Source of the DNA: an uncultured Gemmatimonadaceae bacterium
Lineage (GTDB): Bacteria > Gemmatimonadota > Gemmatimonadetes > Gemmatimonadales > Gemmatimonadaceae
Assembly: GCA_963761305.1 (NCBI GenBank)
Contig: CAVXGK010000002.1
Coordinates: 1,440,001 to 1,504,000, forward strand
Reading direction: 5' to 3'
Length of the DNA: 64,000 nt
Numbering within the stretch: position 1 is the stretch's first letter; every line of letters starts with the position of its first letter. The position numbers and the translations under genes are program-made. A model generated the notes under the pieces. It saw only the letters and a program-made list of their open reading frames with translations. It did no database searches and was not told the origin of the DNA. Below, in pieces: positions 59,732-64,000 of this stretch.

Positions 59732-60917
59732 TCATTCGCACGCGGGCGGCCGGCTCTCCGGGCCCAGTCGCGTTTCGCCATTCGACATCGGCACGCTCGC
59801 CGTGCACGCCGGAACCGTGACGCGCGAGACCGACACGCCCGTCGTGCATCCGCTGTTCCAGTCGGTGAACTTCAATCAGCAGGTCGGCACGGGCGACAAC
59901 CTCCGCTATCCACGGTACGGCAACTCGCCGAACGCCGAGGTCGTGCAGGAGCGTGTCGCGGCGCTCGAGGGCTCGGAAGCGGCGGTGCTGCTCGCCAGCG
60001 GCATGGGCGCGGTCGCCTGCGGCCTGCTCGCCCTGCTCCGCCCCGGCGACCATCTGCTCGCCAGCTCGGCGATTTACGGAGGCGTGACGCGCCTGCTGTC
60101 GTCCGAGTTCACGTCGTTCGGAATCGACGTCACGCTCGTCGACCCGATGGAAACCCGCGTCTGGCGGAAGCGTCTGCGCAAGACGACGCGCGCCATCTTC
60201 CTCGAGACGCCGGTGAATCCGACGTGCCGCGTTCTCGATCTGAGGCCGGTCAGCTACGTCACGAAGGAATTGGGCATCGCGCTCGTCGTCGACTCGACGT
60301 TCGCCAGCCCGGTGAACCTGCGCCCGATCGAGCATGGCGCGGACGTCGTCATCCACTCCGCCACCAAGTACCTCAACGGCCACCACGACGTGCTGGCCGG
60401 GATCGTGTGCGGCACGGCGCCGTACATCGAGGAAGTCCGCCAGAAGATGATGGTGTGGGGCCAGGCGCCCGACCCATTTGCGGCCTGGCTTCTCGAGCGC
60501 GGGCTCAAGACGCTCGACGTTCGCGTCACGCGCCAGAACGAGAACGCCCTTCGGATCGCCGAGTGGTGCTCCACGAATTCGGCCATCGGCAAAGTCCACT
60601 ACTCGGGGCTGCCGGATCACCCGGATCACGACGTGGCCAAGGCGTTGATGAGCGGGTTTGGCGGGATGATGGCCATCGAGCTGGCCGGGGGAGCCGACGC
60701 CGCCACCCGATTCCTCGAGCGGATCAAGGTGTTCCGGCACGCGCCGAGCCTGGGCGGCGTGGATTCGGTCATCTCCGAGCCACGATTCACGTCGCACGCG
60801 CATCTGTCGTCTGCCGAGCGGGCGAAGGCCGGGATTCCGGACGGCTTTCTCCGCCTGAGCATCGGGATCGAGACGGCCAAGGACCTCATCGGGGACATCG
60901 AGCAGGCGCTGCGGTAG
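59724..60917 (+). CDS. Cys/Met metabolism PLP enzyme (cystathionine gamma-lyase/synthase or Met gamma-lyase)
   Basis: 'YPRYGNSPN', 'ASGMGA', 'ETPVNP', 'VDSTFASP', 'HSATKYLNGHHD', 'SLGGVDS', 'RLSIGIE'. Confidence 0.92.
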   Translation: MPDHSHAGGRLSGPSRVSPFDIGTLAVHAGTVTRETDTPVVHPLFQSVNFNQQVGTGDNLRYPRYGNSPNAEVVQERVAALEGSEAAVLLASGMGAVACGLLALLRPGDHLLASSAIYGGVTRLLSSEFTSFGIDVTLVDPMETRVWRKRLRKTTRAIFLETPVNPTCRVLDLRPVSYVTKELGIALVVDSTFASPVNLRPIEHGADVVIHSATKYLNGHHDVLAGIVCGTAPYIEEVRQKMMVWGQAPDPFAAWLLERGLKTLDVRVTRQNENALRIAEWCSTNSAIGKVHYSGLPDHPDHDVAKALMSGFGGMMAIELAGGADAATRFLERIKVFRHAPSLGGVDSVISEPRFTSHAHLSSAERAKAGIPDGFLRLSIGIETAKDLIGDIEQALR

Positions 60918-61599
60918 GCGGTGGACGGGACTGGTAATGGGCTTCGTGGCGCCGCGCGAGGCGACTGCGGCGGGCAACAAAGGGGCTGAGTCGCGACGCG
61001 TGGTGAGAGAATCCGGCGACAGGTCGGCGGTGACGAGCGTCGAGACGCTGGATCCCGCCGCGCCGCCCGTTCCGCCGGCCCGCGCGACGAGTGGGCGCGA
61101 GGTGCTCATCTTGGTGCCCTCATGAGCGCGAACAAGTCCGGGACCTGACGGAGCTGCGCTGCGAGGACCGCGCGGTTAGTCGCACGTGGTCGAGCTCGAG
61201 CACATTGCGGAGGAGGCGATCCTCGGCCGGCTCGACGGCGCGACGCGCTTGGACGTGGTCTGGCTGATGGCGCGGCAGCTGAACATCGACGCGATGTCGT
61301 CGAGAATCGCGCGGTATGCCGACCGGTTGAGCGCGCCGAATAGATCGCCGTTCCAGTCGAGGGAGGGTTGCCCTTGGCTGAGGGTGATGAGGAGTGGGGA
61401 ATGCGAAGGTTTCCTCGAGTTCCTTCCTGCGGAGCGCGAGAAGCGGCGACCGACGCGACGGGCGTTGGGCGCTGAGCGACGGAGCGGATCGCCGTGCGAG
61501 TAGCTCGAGCGTTGGTGCCGAAGCGCGCGATGGAGTCAGCACGCGGTACGAGGGACGGCGCGTGTCGTTTCGCGCGCGTACTGCCGTCGGTCGGTGCCA

Positions 61600-61788
61600 T
61601 ACTTCGATCCGGTGCCGGCGTACTTGGATCTGGTGCCGGCGTACTTCGATCCGGTGCTGGCGTATCTCGGTCCGGTGCTGGCGTATTTCGATCCGGTGCT
61701 GGCGTACTTCGATCCGGTGCTGGCGTACTTCGATCCGTTGCTGGCGTACTTCGATCCGTTGCTGGCACTCCTCGATCCGTTCCGATGG
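61600..61788. repeat. 21-bp minisatellite, ~9 units, consensus TACTTCGATCCGGTGCTGGCG
   Basis: Contiguous units at 61600, 61621, 61642, 61663, 61684, 61705, 61726, 61747 and a degenerate one at 61768; no spacers. Confidence 0.93.
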
Positions 61789-62303
61789 TGCTGAGGCACG
61801 TTGTCGTGTCGCGTCGGTGTGTTGCGACCGTGACGCGATCGGCGGCGATGTGGGCGCGATGCGGGGCGCTCGCGACGCGTGGCGACGTCGGATGAACACT
61901 TGCGATTCGGCTCAGACCGCGGCGCGAGGCGCAGGCAATTGTGGGGATCGAGAGTCTGGCGCGATGGATCGTCGTCGTGAAGCCGCGTTCCGGCGGTCTT
62001 GGAACGAGGCGCGGCCGACTGACGGTGCGGCGAGCCCTTGGTTCGTGACGGTGTTGTCGATGTGCGGCGGTCACTTCGCGTTGGAGTGACTGATGTCGCG
62101 ACCGGACCGGTGTCGGCGACGAACGAAATGACGAGCAGGGCGATCGTGACGGCGTGCATGGCGATGGATTGGGGAATGGCGGAGGATGCACCGGGTACTC
62201 GGCGATCACGGGTAACCGATGCGAGGCTCTCTATAGGTGAATCGCTACGAGGCCGGTTTTGCTATGCGGTGTCCGCTTGGGTGGACATCAGCGCCAGTCG
62301 TGT

Positions 62304-62359
62304 GGCGGATCGGCGGATCGGCGGATCGGCGGATCGGTGGACCGGTGGACCGGTGGAAC
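62304..62359. repeat. 8-bp tandem repeat GGCGGATC x4 + GGTGGACC-type x3 upstream of ftsE
   Basis: Seven contiguous 8-mers. Confidence 0.85.
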
Positions 62360-62439
62360 AACGACTAGCGAAACGCTGCGGTCCGATCGGCAACGGGACG
62401 GTGACGCTGGAAACAACCATGCGTCAAATGGTTGACCCC

Positions 62440-63141
62440 ATGATCCGTTTCGATAGAGTCTCGAAGACATACCCGCGCGCCGTTGCCGGAAGCTCGGCGC
62501 TGCGAGACGCCTCCTTCCGGATCGCGAAGGGAGAATTCGTCTTCCTTACGGGTCCGAGCGGCGCCGGCAAAAGCACCATCCTCAAGCTGCTCTATATGGA
62601 AGAGCGGCCGAGCACGGGCGAAGTCCGCGTGAGCGGCTACAGCTCGGCCACCAGCAAGCGGCGTGACGTCGCGAAGCTCCGCCGCCGGCTCGGCATCATC
62701 TTCCAGGACTTTCGCTTGCTCGAGGATCGGACGGCCGAGGGCAACGTGGCGTTCGCGCTCGAGGTGATCGGCGCGCCGCGATCGTCGATCGCGAATCGCG
62801 TGGCTCGCGTGCTGACGCAGGTCGGCCTCGCGTCGAAGGCGACGGCGTATCCCAAGGAGCTCTCCGGCGGCGAGCAGCAGCGCGTGGCATTCGCTCGCGC
62901 GCTCGTCAACGATCCGTTCGTCCTGATCGCCGACGAGCCGACGGGAAACCTCGACGACCGCGCGAGCCGCGGAATCTTCCAGCTGCTGCGCGAGATCAAT
63001 GCGTCGGGCACGGCGGTGATCATGGCGACGCACGATCTCGACCTCGTCCGGTCGAGCGAGTATCGCTGCCTCGAGCTCAATCACGGCGAAGTCGTGTTCG
63101 ACTCCGCCGACGCGGTCAAGGTCGAGATCGAGGTCGAGTGA
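62440..63141 (+). CDS. ftsE: Cell division ATP-binding protein FtsE
   Basis: 'GPSGAGKST', 'IFQDFRLL', 'LSGGEQQR', 'ADEPTGNLD', 'ATHD'. Confidence 0.95.
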   Translation: MIRFDRVSKTYPRAVAGSSALRDASFRIAKGEFVFLTGPSGAGKSTILKLLYMEERPSTGEVRVSGYSSATSKRRDVAKLRRRLGIIFQDFRLLEDRTAEGNVAFALEVIGAPRSSIANRVARVLTQVGLASKATAYPKELSGGEQQRVAFARALVNDPFVLIADEPTGNLDDRASRGIFQLLREINASGTAVIMATHDLDLVRSSEYRCLELNHGEVVFDSADAVKVEIEVE

Positions 63142-63989
63142 TGACATCGTTCAAGACGGCGTTCTCCGCGTTCCGCCGCTCGCCGTTGTTGAGCGCGCTG
63201 AGCATCACGACGATCGCGTTCTCGCTGTTCGCGTTCGGCCTGTTCGGGCTCGTGGCGCTGAACATCCGCAGCGCGCTGCAGAAAATCGAGGAGCGGGTGG
63301 AGATTCGCGCCTTCATCGCCGACAGCACGAGCGACGAGCAGATCGCGAGCGCCGCGGACCAGATCTCGAAGTTCCCCGAGGTCCTCAAGGTCGACGTCGT
63401 GACGCAGGACCAGGCGCTCGAGCGCGCGAAGAAGGAGCTCGGAGAGTTCAAGGACGTTTTCGAGGCCGGCGTGCTGCCCGCGTCGTTGGACATCAAGCTC
63501 AAGCCGGGACACCGCGATCCGGAATCCGTGCGCCGCGTCGCCGACCATCTGCACGAAGTCGATTTCGTCGACGACGTGCGCTTCGGCGAAGAGTGGATCA
63601 CGCAGCTCTATCGCCTGCGCAACATCGCCGGCGTCGCCGGGATTGCGCTCGGCCTCGCGTTCGCGGCCGTTGCCGTGATCATCATCGGCGCGACGATCCG
63701 CATGGCCGTGCTGGCGCGCAGCAATGAGATCTCGATCATGCGACTCGTCGGCGCCACCGACGGGTTCATCAGCCGCCCCTTCCTTATAGAAGGTTCGGTC
63801 AAGGGCATCCTCGGCGGCACGCTAGCACTGGGGCTGACGTACATCGCAATGCAGATGCTGCAGCAATATCTGCATTTTCAGACCATCTTCTTCGACAGCC
63901 GTCTCGCCCTGCTCGGGGTGCTCTCGGGCGCCGTGATGGGATTCGCCGGCAGCGTCGTCTCGGTCGGCCGGCACCTTCGCGAAGTATGA
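63138..63989 (+). CDS. ftsX: Cell division permease FtsX
   Basis: Four TM; 'EISIMRLVGATDGFISRPFLIEG'; coupled to ftsE. Confidence 0.93.
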   Translation: MMTSFKTAFSAFRRSPLLSALSITTIAFSLFAFGLFGLVALNIRSALQKIEERVEIRAFIADSTSDEQIASAADQISKFPEVLKVDVVTQDQALERAKKELGEFKDVFEAGVLPASLDIKLKPGHRDPESVRRVADHLHEVDFVDDVRFGEEWITQLYRLRNIAGVAGIALGLAFAAVAVIIIGATIRMAVLARSNEISIMRLVGATDGFISRPFLIEGSVKGILGGTLALGLTYIAMQMLQQYLHFQTIFFDSRLALLGVLSGAVMGFAGSVVSVGRHLREV

Positions 63990-64000
63990 CGCGAGCACGC

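Noticed and set aside
60937..61503. Small ORFs 60937..61125 and 61186..61503 as a gene or a selenoprotein read through TGA
   Set aside because: No recognisable family, the frames do not join through the TGA, and no convincing SECIS hairpin; at best a decayed fragment.
61600..61788. CRISPR array
   Set aside because: Units are contiguous with no unique spacers, and no cas genes are present.

Overview
High-GC bacterial chromosomal segment. Gene content and style (PadR/ADOP permease pair, Minf_1886-type protein, short intergenic tandem repeats) suggest Gemmatimonadota, but this is inference. Three parts. (1) 1-2.7 kb: YceI, a Tat-exported two-domain multicopper oxidase and a partial NarX-type histidine kinase. 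(2) ~2.79-23.95 kb: a ~21-kb genomic island bounded by an 81-87 bp direct repeat made of the 3' half of tRNA-Met(CAT) plus its downstream hairpin. It has no integrase and carries a Bacteroidota-style alpha-glucan utilization locus: SusC, SusD, three GH13, GH2, a GH5-like/clan GH-A enzyme, GH97, an MFS and an SSS transporter. Two of these genes are frameshifted, the long G/C homopolymers of the window cluster here, and a decayed GxxExxY nuclease fragment lies inside. (3) 24-64 kb: core genome (tRNA-Met, tRNA-fMet, ftsB, eno, plsC, thiL, nnr, glyA, rpiB, Leu dehydrogenase, acyl-CoA metabolism, bioY, padR-ADOP, thrS, valS, selA, gmhB, purN, purH, ftsEX). This part also holds long palindromic intergenic elements related to the GxxExxY terminal motif, strand-polarised 8-bp tandem repeats, a 21-bp minisatellite, a degenerate TIR protein, and an uncharacterised STAS-HATPase / STAS-wHTH pair in the purH operon. 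All calls are by eye from motifs; no database searches were run.
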